This document shows, one piece after another, positions 11,200 through 20,533 of a stretch of DNA of 64,000 nt. This stretch comes from an uncultured delta proteobacterium. Its GTDB lineage: Bacteria; Desulfobacterota; Desulfobacteria; Desulfobacterales; JAFDCJ01. The translations under genes and the position numbers were made by a program. Positions within the stretch are counted from its first letter, which is position 1; each line of letters opens with the position of its first letter. Where the stretch lies: contig CAVYNY010000022.1 of NCBI GenBank assembly GCA_963769935.1, positions 96,001 through 160,000 of the forward strand, given 5' to 3'. Under the pieces are notes generated by a model. It had not been told where the DNA came from and searched no databases. It saw only the letters and a program-made list of their open reading frames with translations.

Positions 11200-11736
11200 T
11201 TAGTCTTTCTTTGACATTCGGGCAACGGCATCCATTATCTTCTGCAATCCATGCTTTTTTGCCAACGATTCCAATCCAGTCTCCAATTCCTCCTGATCTT
11301 CCTCTTCTTCGACTTCCTCCTCCTTTTCTTCTAAAATCAGGGCATCATTTAAGCACCACTTGACACACAAAGGCTCTTCTTCGCCTTCACACATATCGCA
11401 TTTTAGGGGGAGGCCGGAATCGGGTTCTTTGAACTCTTCTCTTGAAGGGCAGGAAGCTCGGCAGAAGGCGCACTCGTCGTATTCCTTGCCGTCGATCGTG
11501 TATTTGTCCCGGCCGGCACATTCGGCGGGAGTATAATCACCTGCGTATACCGGAACATATATGTCTTTAAGCGGTTCACTAATCACGCGAATACGGGCCC
11601 TTGCCGGATTATTGCTGCTGTATTTCGGCGCCGCGTGAAATGCCGAGCAGACCAACTCACATGCCCGGCAGCCATTGCATTTATCAACATCAATTCTAAT
11701 TGTTTTGACTATTCTCTTTTTTTTCTCACCCTTCAT
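11200..11736 (-). CDS. bamC: Benzoyl-CoA reductase class II Fe-S subunit
   Basis: CNGCRACELVC, CAFCRASCP, CDMC motifs; directly downstream of bamB. Confidence 0.88.
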   Translation of the reverse strand: MKGEKKKRIVKTIRIDVDKCNGCRACELVCSAFHAAPKYSSNNPARARIRVISEPLKDIYVPVYAGDYTPAECAGRDKYTIDGKEYDECAFCRASCPSREEFKEPDSGLPLKCDMCEGEEEPLCVKWCLNDALILEEKEEEVEEEEDQEELETGLESLAKKHGLQKIMDAVARMSKKD

Positions 11737-11754
11737 GATACGACTCCCTTCGTT

Positions 11755-13761
11755 TTATTCCTGCGCTTTTTCCGCTGAGTTCTGTTTGGGAGGAACAGCA
11801 TCACCATCTGTCAAGATGCCTCTTTGGATGAAGTCCTTACTCACGTAATCCAAATCCAAATCATGCAAGGATTGCTTCGTCGGAATACCCTCGCTATTCC
11901 ATCCTTTGAATTTGTAATACGTATCTAAGAGTTCCTCTTCAAGTTCAGGGAATCTTTTTTTCCAATGGTTCTCCGGCGGCTTGTCATCTTTTCTGCGCAG
12001 GCCTCTTCTTATATTAATGGCCCTTACTAAAGTTCGGTACCGTTTGGCTGCTTGCGACAGTTTATGCTCATCCATATCGATTCCGGCACCTGATGAGATA
12101 AATTTCGGGTAATTGTGTATATGATAGGGAGGCTTCAGGGGAAATGATGACAAACCGGCACACATTCCGAGGGCGTCATCTATGTAGTGCATTTTCTCTT
12201 GCCAGTCCACGATATCACAAGACATCTGAACAGTCGGATAGTATGGATTTGAGTTTTCACCGCGCGGTTCCCAGTCCAAAAAATATTGTTTGAACTTTTC
12301 ATCAGGAACCTGGAACCAGTCCTTTACAAACGCTTCTCTGTGTTCTCTCTTGGGGTAAGGCGCCTGGGGGAACTGTCCTTCAATCTGGGTAATGTTGATC
12401 TTCTCGCCGGTTGCATACATCAGGAAATAAACCGGATTCAGCATTGACAGCTTGAGAGGCAGCTGTTCATGTTTCTTAATATTGTTATGCGCATATGCCT
12501 CGGCGCCGTTGCCAATTTCTTTGGCTGCCCAATACGTACCATTGGCCAAAACATCGCCGATTCCCTCCCGCCGGACAATTCTGTCAAGTAACCAGTAAAA
12601 TCTCCCCTCGCTATCAGAGGGCATTTCCGGAAAATCTTTATCGCTTAAAATGCCGTTTTCGTATAGTTCAAGGGCGAAAGCCATAACTTGCGGGGTGGAG
12701 AATCCGTCCACGCCATATTCCGTAGCCTGCTGGGCGATTTTTAAACCAAAATTCAGGTCTGACATAGCCGCCATGGTATAGGTAAGCTTCGAGAAACATT
12801 TCATCATGTAGGTTGGTTGTCCGGGGGGGGAAATTGTCGCCGCGCATTTCATGGGACAGTTATAGCAACTTATCAGCCGTGTCCGCATATTCTCCATCGT
12901 CTGGGTCCACGCCTTTTTGACCTCATCGGTCCAAAAATCTCTTCTGCGCACGCGGGAGTTTCCCCACATGAAATTCTCGGTGTGCCACTTCTCATCATGG
13001 GTTGCCATCTCTTGGGGCGACCCAAGCCCTTGTAAGATGGTCATGACCCCGGGAATTGGATTTTGATTTCGAAACTTTATATATTCCAGCACTTCGTTGC
13101 AAAGCCCCAGGAATTCATCGGGACGGGCAATATTGATGTCCCTGGTTCCGCGAACAACGATCGCCTTTACGCCTTTGTCGCCCATAACGGCGCCTAGACC
13201 CTGCCGGCTGGCACTGGACCGGCCCTGCTCAATGGAAGCGAAATAGACCCGATTTTCTCCGGCCAGGCCGATGGCAGCCACCTGGGCTTTGGGCTGCTTT
13301 AACTCCTGTCGAATAAGTTGTGCCGTTTCCGTAGCGCCTTTACCCCGCAAATGAGAGGCGTCACGTATTTCCACCTTGTCATTGTTTATCCACAAATAAA
13401 CCAGATCGGGGGACTTGCCGCGCAATATCACTTTGTCATAACCGGCATACTTCAATTCCGGCGCCCAAAACCCGCCCATCATTGAAAATGCCATTAACCG
13501 GGTCTGAGGAGAAATGGTAGAAACGATGGTACGGTTGCAACCGGTAGCCGGTGTGCCGCATAAAAGACCGGCGCTGAATATCAGCAGGTTTTCGGGAGAA
13601 AAGGGTTCAACTTCAGGGGGAACCCTGTCCCATAATATTTTGGCGTTGGTACCCAGACCCCCCAGATAAAGCTCGGTGTCTTTTGGGTCCGTGTGCACCC
13701 TCTCGATGTTTCCTCGGGTTAGATCAACTTCTAAATTGATCCCTGTCTCGGCGTACCTCAT
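11755..13761 (-). CDS. bamB: Class II benzoyl-CoA reductase tungstopterin active-site subunit (AOR family)
   Basis: MRYAETG start, LGSPQEM..HDEKWHTENF, MKCFSKLTY, ITQIEGQFPQ, SSFPLKPPYH: closely matches the Geobacter BamB sequence as I recall it. Confidence 0.92.
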   Translation of the reverse strand: MRYAETGINLEVDLTRGNIERVHTDPKDTELYLGGLGTNAKILWDRVPPEVEPFSPENLLIFSAGLLCGTPATGCNRTIVSTISPQTRLMAFSMMGGFWAPELKYAGYDKVILRGKSPDLVYLWINNDKVEIRDASHLRGKGATETAQLIRQELKQPKAQVAAIGLAGENRVYFASIEQGRSSASRQGLGAVMGDKGVKAIVVRGTRDINIARPDEFLGLCNEVLEYIKFRNQNPIPGVMTILQGLGSPQEMATHDEKWHTENFMWGNSRVRRRDFWTDEVKKAWTQTMENMRTRLISCYNCPMKCAATISPPGQPTYMMKCFSKLTYTMAAMSDLNFGLKIAQQATEYGVDGFSTPQVMAFALELYENGILSDKDFPEMPSDSEGRFYWLLDRIVRREGIGDVLANGTYWAAKEIGNGAEAYAHNNIKKHEQLPLKLSMLNPVYFLMYATGEKINITQIEGQFPQAPYPKREHREAFVKDWFQVPDEKFKQYFLDWEPRGENSNPYYPTVQMSCDIVDWQEKMHYIDDALGMCAGLSSFPLKPPYHIHNYPKFISSGAGIDMDEHKLSQAAKRYRTLVRAINIRRGLRRKDDKPPENHWKKRFPELEEELLDTYYKFKGWNSEGIPTKQSLHDLDLDYVSKDFIQRGILTDGDAVPPKQNSAEKAQE

Positions 13762-13828
13762 TTTTTTTCTCCTGCTAGATTTCCTGAATCCGTAATTTGA
13801 TGGATTGCAAGGCCATCCATTTTTTTCA

Positions 13829-14029
13829 TCAATCGACGCGGATGATTTTCACGTGCTTGCCCACCCAATCCGGTGGCAGGTAGACCCGCCCGGTGTTTCC
13901 GCTGGGTTTGACTTCTTTTTCGATCATCTCTTCCCCGAAGACCCTGAACTTGGCCTTGGGGGTCCGGCCGGGATTTTCCGGTTTCCTGTCGATCTTTTTC
14001 ATGTCCATTTCTCTTTTCCGGGCAACCAT
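13829..14029 (-). CDS. Small DUF2080-family protein (66 aa)
   Basis: EKEVKPSGNTGRVYLPPDWVGKHVKIIR motif; ATG 14029 preceded by GGTGAG. Confidence 0.75.
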   Translation of the reverse strand: MVARKREMDMKKIDRKPENPGRTPKAKFRVFGEEMIEKEVKPSGNTGRVYLPPDWVGKHVKIIRVD

Positions 14030-14205
14030 ATTCTCACCGCAGTTGGCGGAACAAGGTGATTTCATTTCGGCCCGCATCAAACCGGTGTTCATGGTCGGCA
14101 CCGATCGCATTTGCGACGACGAACGGATGGCTCTGTAAGCGATTGAATTTGTTTATGATGTCAGTTAAAATTCACACCGGCCCGCAGGTCGGTGCGTCAT
14201 AATTC

Positions 14206-14269
14206 TAGCTATAAATTAACTATATATTAGCTATAAAGTAGTTATAAAAGCTTCCCTGGTTCTTGTCAA
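14206..14269 (-). promoter_or_regulatory. Sigma70-type promoter of the DUF2080-bam operon overlaid by four 11-bp-phased direct repeats
   Basis: Minus strand TTGACA(14269-14264)-N17-TATAAC(14246-14241); plus strand TAGCTATAAA-like units at 14206, 14217, 14228, 14239. Confidence 0.7.
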
Positions 14270-14319
14270 GAAAAAAATCATCGGGCAGGTGGTGTGACGC
14301 GGCTGAAGCGAATTCTTTT

Positions 14320-15034
14320 TGTCCTTCGTACGCGAAGTCAAGGCTCAGGGTGTGCCTGCCGGGAGTCAACCCGTCGGCGCCGGCAATGCGGATGCCCGCA
14401 TCGGGCTGCTCCGAGCGTTTGAAGACCCAGACCGGTTTGCCGTCGAGCATCAGCAACCCCCATCCGGCAAACCGTCCTTCCGGGGTAACGATGACGCCCT
14501 GGCCGCCATTCTACGGTATGACTATTTGGGCGGTGATTGTATCGGAGGCATTTTTCACGACCGCTGCGGTTCCCTCGGGAATTCGAACCGTACCCTGACG
14601 ATAGACAAAGTGGCTGCGTCCCCGCGCCAGGCTCGGCCTCTCGAACGTCGCAGCAAGCGTCGCCTGGAGGCTGAAGTTCAATGGCAGGACGTTGTTGCGG
14701 CCGGCTTCCGTCCACCACAGTTTCTGCAGCGCATTCAGCTTCGCGGGATGGGTCTTCGCCAGATCGTTTCCCGGGCTGAAATCCTGGTCGAGAATGTAAA
14801 GCTCCCAGTTGAAGCTCTCCGGCGTCAGCCCTTTTTGTTCGGGCTCCCATGCGAAGATTAGCGGCGTCGTTGAAGCCATCCAGCCGCTTTTATAAATGGC
14901 GCGGTTGCCGAACATTTCGAAGGTCTGCTTGGTGCGGCGATCTTTCGCATCGAGGTGGTCCCAGGTGTAGGCCATGGAAATCCCGTCGATGGCATCGGCT
15001 TAATGCCGTTGATCATGTCCGGCGCTTGCACGCC
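14320..15034 (-). pseudogene. Arylsulfatase C-terminal fragment
   Basis: DGISMAYTW, FEMFGNRAIY..GWMA, WELY...DFS..NDLA; frameshift near 14992, in-frame TAG at 14511-14513, no N-terminal catalytic domain. Confidence 0.75.
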
Positions 15035-15289
15035 TATCTTCTGGCTTCGGCGGCGGTCTTCGATTCCTTACCTGGGGTGGATAACGAAACGCCGCGCGGC
15101 GGCGTGAACGTCTCACCCGCATTTGAATCCCCATGGGTTATTGTCTGATTGGATCAAAGTCCAATCGTTCAATTCTTGCATTTTAACGTCGATACCATTC
15201 CATAACTCATCGACTCGAAAAGTGCTTTTTCAGACCAAGTATATTGATGTATTCAGCCAGGCAGCAATGCTTCACTTAAACGGCCGGCA

Positions 15290-16000
15290 TTATATGTCAT
15301 ATCCCAGGTTTCTTGATAATTCCTCAGCCCCTTTGCGAATGATGCCCGCCAGTTCATCCTGTTTGCCGAAACTCATGCGAGTAATGGGGACTGAGAAGCT
15401 CATTGCCGCGACCATCTCACGCCTGCCGTCATAGACCGGGGCCGCCACGCAACGGACATCGATGTTCGATTCGCAGTCATCGTAGGCTAAGGGCTCACTC
15501 AAAAATAACTTCACATTTTATACGCCGCTGCATCCCGCCTGGCTGCGTTGCGAAAGCTCGGAATATCCAGATATTCCTGCGTTTTCGCGCCTTGCCAGAC
15601 GGGCCCCGCAACGCCTAAAATTGTGAACTTATTTTTTCGTGAACCCTAAGCCACGTCGGCGAATCATATCCAGCTCTTGAAGCAGTTTCGAAACGGAAGT
15701 GATACTGTTTGCCGCCAAGCCCTTCGCCGCCCGACGCCCTGCTGAGATCAGGTCGACATTGGCCGCGTAAACGCTGCCTATCTCGAAAAGCTTGAATCCA
15801 AGAGAGACCCGGTTGGGTTGCCCTTCCACCGCCGTCAGATATCCACACGCCAAGAGGGTATTGACGATTTCATACGCCGTTGTCCGCGGAAAATTCAATT
15901 GCGCCACGATCGCCGGAACGGAAAGTTCACGGGTTCCTTTCAGAAAAAGTTCAAGGACATCAAAAGCGCGTTTGATTGAGGGAATTTTTCTCGGCACCAC
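15290..16000 (-). pseudogene. IclR-family regulator, internally deleted and interrupted by a MITE
   Basis: SIKRAFDVLE HTH; RRRGL|AYDDCES...RCVAAPV rejoined after removing the insert; middle of the effector domain missing. Confidence 0.85.
15491..15646. mobile_element. 156-bp MITE with about 30-bp imperfect TIRs and TAA target duplication
   Basis: Left GGGCTCACTCAAAAATAACTTCACATTTTA vs right reverse complement GGGTTCACGAAAAAATAAGTTCACAATTTTA; TAA at 15488-15490 and 15647-15649. Confidence 0.88.
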
Positions 16001-16073
16001 AACCTCCCAAAATTTGTTCAATTGACCTGGTACCACACATTAGGCAGCCGAGGTCTGCTTGTAAAGAATGAAA

Positions 16074-16284
16074 CGTACGTATTTACCGACACTATCCAGT
16101 ATATCGGACAATAAAACCCAATAATGGCGACAGACAAAGAATCTCATCATTAATTATAGACTGCAACATAAACGCTAAAAAAAAATGTTGTCAATCATAA
16201 AAAAATTCTTGACTGGGTGGAATCTATCTGTTAGTTGGTTTTTCCAATGTACGAAATACCGTATTATGTCTGATATTTCGAACA
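16074..16284. promoter_or_regulatory. Divergent promoter region with four GTNCG-N6-CGNAC-like boxes (candidate IclR operators)
   Basis: 18-mers at 16074, 16093, 16248, 16267; minus strand TTGACA-N18-TATGTT at 16194-16165. Confidence 0.6.
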
Positions 16285-16311
16285 TTTATTAACCAGAGAC
16301 GGGAGTTGCTC

Positions 16312-16659
16312 ATGGTTAAGGAGAAGAATTCGGCGGCTAATTCAGTAAAGGCTGGTGAAGTCAAACCTTTCGATACAACCCCTGTCCTACGGTTAACCCC
16401 TGAACGCATTACTGGAACGCATAAGGTGTTCGTAGCAGCCCGTAAAGGTATGCAGGCCGCCTTGGTCCGTGAACCGGATGCTGATGTCATAGCCCCAACC
16501 GAGGTTGCTGTCCCTACCGAAATTAGGATAATCATTCGACCCACAACAAAGCGCCATGTGTTTTTGACAAGGCGGTGCTGGGGATGTTTGAGCATCAGAG
16601 AGGTGTTTAGATGCAAGGAATACGAATCGACGGCCGGGGCGGTCAGGGCGCGGTTTTAG
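16312..16659 (+). CDS. Hypothetical protein or gene fragment
   Basis: GGGAG RBS then ATG 16312; 3' end overlaps the next gene by 49 nt; no family recognised. Confidence 0.3.
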   Translation: MVKEKNSAANSVKAGEVKPFDTTPVLRLTPERITGTHKVFVAARKGMQAALVREPDADVIAPTEVAVPTEIRIIIRPTTKRHVFLTRRCWGCLSIREVFRCKEYESTAGAVRARF

Positions 16660-17168
16660 CGTCCAAGATCTTGGCCCAGGCCTTTTACCGCCAGGGTTTC
16701 TCGGTGCAGGCTTTTCCAGCCTTTGGGATGGAAAGGCGCGGTGCCCCGGTATCGGCTTACGTCCGGGTTGATGATCAGCCGATACTCCGCAGGGGCCGGA
16801 TCGAAATGGCCCAAACCGTTATCGTGCTTGATCCGGCCTTGCTGGAGATGATCGATGTTAACCAAGGACTAGCCGACGGCGGATTGCTCTTGCTTAATCA
16901 TCCCCAAGCTCCCAATGAACTGAGTCTGGTTGGCGAATTCCGCCTAGCGACGGTGGATGCAACCAGGTTGGCTTTAACCCAAGAATTAGGCTCAAGTTCC
17001 TCACCCATTGTAAACACCGTCGTGCTAGGCGCCTTTGCCCGCCTTGATGAAGACCTGGAGTTGGACAACGTCCTGAGCGCCATTGCGCAATACACTCCGG
17101 TGAAAATAGAAGCCAATATTGAGGCGGCGCGGCTGGCGTACAGCGCTGTCATTAGAGGGGAGGCCTGA
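16611..17168 (+). CDS. 2-oxoacid:ferredoxin oxidoreductase gamma subunit
   Basis: GRGGQGAV, FGMERRGAPV, IVNTVVLGA. Confidence 0.9.
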   Translation: MQGIRIDGRGGQGAVLASKILAQAFYRQGFSVQAFPAFGMERRGAPVSAYVRVDDQPILRRGRIEMAQTVIVLDPALLEMIDVNQGLADGGLLLLNHPQAPNELSLVGEFRLATVDATRLALTQELGSSSSPIVNTVVLGAFARLDEDLELDNVLSAIAQYTPVKIEANIEAARLAYSAVIRGEA

Positions 17169-17196
17169 GTTGAGAGCAAAACCGGAGATAACAAGA

Positions 17197-18366
17197 ATGG
17201 CTGAGCTCCCCAAGGTGCCTATAACAATTGGGGATATGACTTATAACCGTACCGGCCTATGGCGCTACCTGATGCCTGTGATACATGACCGGGTTGCACC
17301 CTGCCAGATCGCTTGTCCCTTAGGCATGCCTTCACCGGATTTCATCAATGATCTAATCCGCCGGGACGCCGCCCGGGCTCTAAACCGGATTATGGAGCTT
17401 AACCCGCTACCTGGAATAACCGGGCGGCTGTGTTATCACCCTTGCCAATCCAAATGTCTTCGCCGGGGGTTAGACAGCAACGTGCAGATCCAAATGCTGG
17501 AAAGGTATCTGGCGGACACGGCGCCGGAACCTGCAACCTCAGCGCCCAAAAGTCTTAAAGCACAAGTGGCGGTTCTCGGTGCCGGACCATTGGGGCTCAG
17601 TACGGCCTACTTCCTGGGCCGGATGGGTATTTCGGTGACGGTCTGCGATCCTTTGGATCAGCCCGGTGGCTTTCTCGCTTCGGTGGACAATGACAAGTTG
17701 CCCAAGGAAATACTCGGCCGCGAAACTAACCGGCTCATCAGCTTGGCGAATATAGAGCTTAAGTTGGGCGATGAGTATTCCACATTGGATTCAGGCAGCC
17801 TGAAGCAAGACTGGCGTTTGATCATCCATGATCAAACCGCTCATGCCAAAGACAGCGGGCCGGCTAAAAGCCTGACCATGTTGTCAAGCCAGTTATCCTC
17901 GGGGCGTCTGCTGCTGGATACTACCGGTGTCTGCCTTCGGGATATTTACAAAGCCAATCAAATTGCCATGGCGGTAGCTGCCGGGCGTGAATTAGCTGCG
18001 CAAGCTTTAAGCAGCCTGGGGTTTAGTCAACAAAGTGATGAACTGAAGGGGTTGATCAATAGCGGTCAGACGGAAAGCTCCATCAGCACAAAAGATATCC
18101 GTTATGAGCTGTTTGACGAGCCAGACTCCGTGGGCGCCGACTCTAAAGGCCAGACCTTATCCGATGAGCAGGCCTTGGCCGAGGCGAAGCGCTGTCTGTC
18201 CTGCGGCCACTGCAATCTGTGCGGGCGCTGTTTGGTGTTTTGCCCTGATGTGTCACTTAGCGTAAACAAGCAAGGGACAAAACTCGAAGTTGACGAAATG
18301 CACTGCAAGGGCTGCGGTATCTGCGCCTACGAATGCCCCCGGCGGGCCATAACAATGGAGAGATAA
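17197..18366 (+). CDS. 2-oxoacid oxidoreductase delta-like subunit fused to GltD-type Fe-S and Rossmann segments
   Basis: TGLWRYLMP, APCQIACP, GRLCYHPCQSKC, GAGPLG, EAKRCLSCGHCNLC, CKGCGICAYECP; GGAG RBS before ATG 17197. Confidence 0.8.
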   Translation: MAELPKVPITIGDMTYNRTGLWRYLMPVIHDRVAPCQIACPLGMPSPDFINDLIRRDAARALNRIMELNPLPGITGRLCYHPCQSKCLRRGLDSNVQIQMLERYLADTAPEPATSAPKSLKAQVAVLGAGPLGLSTAYFLGRMGISVTVCDPLDQPGGFLASVDNDKLPKEILGRETNRLISLANIELKLGDEYSTLDSGSLKQDWRLIIHDQTAHAKDSGPAKSLTMLSSQLSSGRLLLDTTGVCLRDIYKANQIAMAVAAGRELAAQALSSLGFSQQSDELKGLINSGQTESSISTKDIRYELFDEPDSVGADSKGQTLSDEQALAEAKRCLSCGHCNLCGRCLVFCPDVSLSVNKQGTKLEVDEMHCKGCGICAYECPRRAITMER

Positions 18367-18368
18367 AC

Positions 18369-19532
18369 GTGGAAAAGGTACTTACCGGGACCGAAACCGC
18401 TGCCGCGGCCGCCCTCTTGGCTAGAGTAGAGGTGGTTTCCGCCTATCCCATCACCCCCCAAACCGTAATCGTTGAGACCTTGGCTGAAATGATAGGGCGG
18501 GGCGACCTGGATGCAAGTTATATCAATGTGGAATCCGAGCATTCAGCCATGGCCAGTTGCATTGGTGCGGCTGCCGCCGGCGCCCGGACTTTCACGGCAA
18601 CATCGTCGCAGGGCCTGGCCCTGATGCATGAAGTGCTGCACTACGCAGCAAACGGGCGCTTGCCTATCGTCATGGTCAACGCCAACCGTTCCCTGGCCCC
18701 GCCCTGGAACCTGTACTGTGACCAATCCGATTCATTGGCTCAGCGGGATACCGGCTGGATTCAATACTACTGTGCGGATTGCCAGGATGTGCTGGACTCG
18801 ATCATCGTGGCTTACAAGGTAGCCGAGAAGGTGTCCCTGCCTGTGATGATTAACATGGACGCCTTCTACCTGACCCACACCTCAGAAGCAGTGCAACTGC
18901 CTGATCAGAAGGCAGTGGACGCCTTCATACCCAAAAGAATCAAGCCGGTGCTGAACTCGGACCAACCGGTGACCTTTGGCAATGTGTGCGGTGCAGACCT
19001 CTATACCTCTCTCCGCTACATCAGGCATCATGATACCAATGCCGCGCTGGAAGTCTGGCAGAACGCTTCCGACGACTATGCCAAGACCTTTGCGCGCTCT
19101 TGCCCACCCCTGCAAACTTACAAAACTGAGGATGCGGACACCATCCTGGTAGTGGCTGGTTCAGCCGCGGGCACTCTAAGGCTCACTGTGGATCAGCTGC
19201 GCGAGCAGGGTCATGCTGCCGGGGTCATGCGTTTGGCAATAATTCGCCCATTCCCTGCCGGACTAATCGCGCAAACAGTTTCTACTGCCAAGCGGGTGAT
19301 CGTGGTGGAAAGGGGGGTTTCCAATGGGATGGGCGGCATTATTGGCCAGGAACTCAAAGCGGGATTGTTTGGCAGCCGAAACGGACTTGAAGTTTGGAGC
19401 CTGTTCGCGGGACTCGGCGGCAAGGACATTGTGCCGGAAGAGATCGCTGCCGAGGTGAAATCCGTTGTGGCCGGTGAAAAAACAAACGAAGCGCTGAACG
19501 ATAACTCCATATGGACGGGGCTATTATCATGA
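18369..19532 (+). CDS. 2-oxoacid:ferredoxin oxidoreductase alpha subunit (VOR/POR group)
   Basis: AYPITPQT, ESEHSA, TATSSQGL, NRSLAPPW..DQSDS..QRDTGW. Confidence 0.9.
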   Translation: MEKVLTGTETAAAAALLARVEVVSAYPITPQTVIVETLAEMIGRGDLDASYINVESEHSAMASCIGAAAAGARTFTATSSQGLALMHEVLHYAANGRLPIVMVNANRSLAPPWNLYCDQSDSLAQRDTGWIQYYCADCQDVLDSIIVAYKVAEKVSLPVMINMDAFYLTHTSEAVQLPDQKAVDAFIPKRIKPVLNSDQPVTFGNVCGADLYTSLRYIRHHDTNAALEVWQNASDDYAKTFARSCPPLQTYKTEDADTILVVAGSAAGTLRLTVDQLREQGHAAGVMRLAIIRPFPAGLIAQTVSTAKRVIVVERGVSNGMGGIIGQELKAGLFGSRNGLEVWSLFAGLGGKDIVPEEIAAEVKSVVAGEKTNEALNDNSIWTGLLS

Positions 19533-20449
19533 CAAATATGGTGCTTAAAGAAAAAATCATGGGCCCCGGCCATTTGGCCTGCGCCGGTTGCGGTGCCGCC
19601 ATCGCCATGCGCCACGCTTTGGAGGCTCTTGGGCCAAAGACCTATGTAGTGATGCCTGCGGGCTGCTGGTCCACCTTTATCGGCATATATCCCTATTCCT
19701 GCCTTAGTGTGCCGGTGATGTCCGTAGCATTTGCCACCACGGCCGCCACCGCATCGGGTTTGAAAGCAGGCCTGGACCGGACGGGACGCCGGGAAGAGAC
19801 CGTCTTGGCTTGGGCCGGAGACGGCGGCACATTTGACATAGGTATTCAAGCTTTGTCCGGAGCGGCTGAACGCAACGAGGATATCATCTTTGTCTGCTAT
19901 GACAACGAAGCCTACATGAACACCGGCATTCAGCGGTCTTCGGCCACCCCCATCGGCACTGTGACCACCACCTCCCCGGCTTCGGCACCCAAACCCCAGA
20001 AGAAAAAAGACATCGTGGCCATAATGGCGGCCCATGGTGTGCCTTATACGGCCACGGCCTCAATAGCCTACCCGAGTGATCTTATTGCCAAGCTGACCAA
20101 AGCCAAATCCATCAGAGGCACCAAGTTTCTGCATTTATACGCTTCCTGCCCCACCGGATGGCGGCATGCCCCGGAACTTTCGGTGGAGGTAGCCCGCATG
20201 GCGGTTAGAAGCCGGGTGTTTCCCCTTTATGAGGTTACCGACGGTGAGAATTGGCAGTTGAGCCCCATGCCGGAAAAAGAGCCCATAGATGCATATCTGA
20301 AAATTCAAGGCCGGTTCAAGGTCATGGGACCCAAGGCTGCGGCGGAGTTCCAAAACAATGTTGATAGAAGCTGGCAAAGTCTGATCCGTAAATGCCGTGA
20401 TGTCCCATACCCAAAAAAAGAGAAGTCTGGTGGTCATCCATCAGTCTGA
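19529..20449 (+). CDS. 2-oxoacid:ferredoxin oxidoreductase beta subunit (TPP binding)
   Basis: ACAGCG, AGDGGT..IG, DNEAYMNTGIQRS, CPTGW; ATGA overlap with the alpha gene. Confidence 0.9.
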   Translation: MTNMVLKEKIMGPGHLACAGCGAAIAMRHALEALGPKTYVVMPAGCWSTFIGIYPYSCLSVPVMSVAFATTAATASGLKAGLDRTGRREETVLAWAGDGGTFDIGIQALSGAAERNEDIIFVCYDNEAYMNTGIQRSSATPIGTVTTTSPASAPKPQKKKDIVAIMAAHGVPYTATASIAYPSDLIAKLTKAKSIRGTKFLHLYASCPTGWRHAPELSVEVARMAVRSRVFPLYEVTDGENWQLSPMPEKEPIDAYLKIQGRFKVMGPKAAAEFQNNVDRSWQSLIRKCRDVPYPKKEKSGGHPSV

Positions 20450-20533
20450 AAAGCTTCTTACCCATAAGTTAACCAAAGGCAAAAAACCACAATAGTGTGA
20501 CATTAACCAGCAAAGGGAAAGGAGACGATTAAA

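Noticed and set aside
14030..14205. Long bam leader as a Moco/tungsten-cofactor riboswitch
   Set aside because: A hairpin is present (14173-14196) but I could not see the conserved Moco-motif elements; an Rfam scan is needed
14511..14513. In-frame TAG in the arylsulfatase fragment as possible pyrrolysine
   Set aside because: The gene also has a frameshift and lacks its catalytic N-terminus; ordinary decay is the simpler explanation
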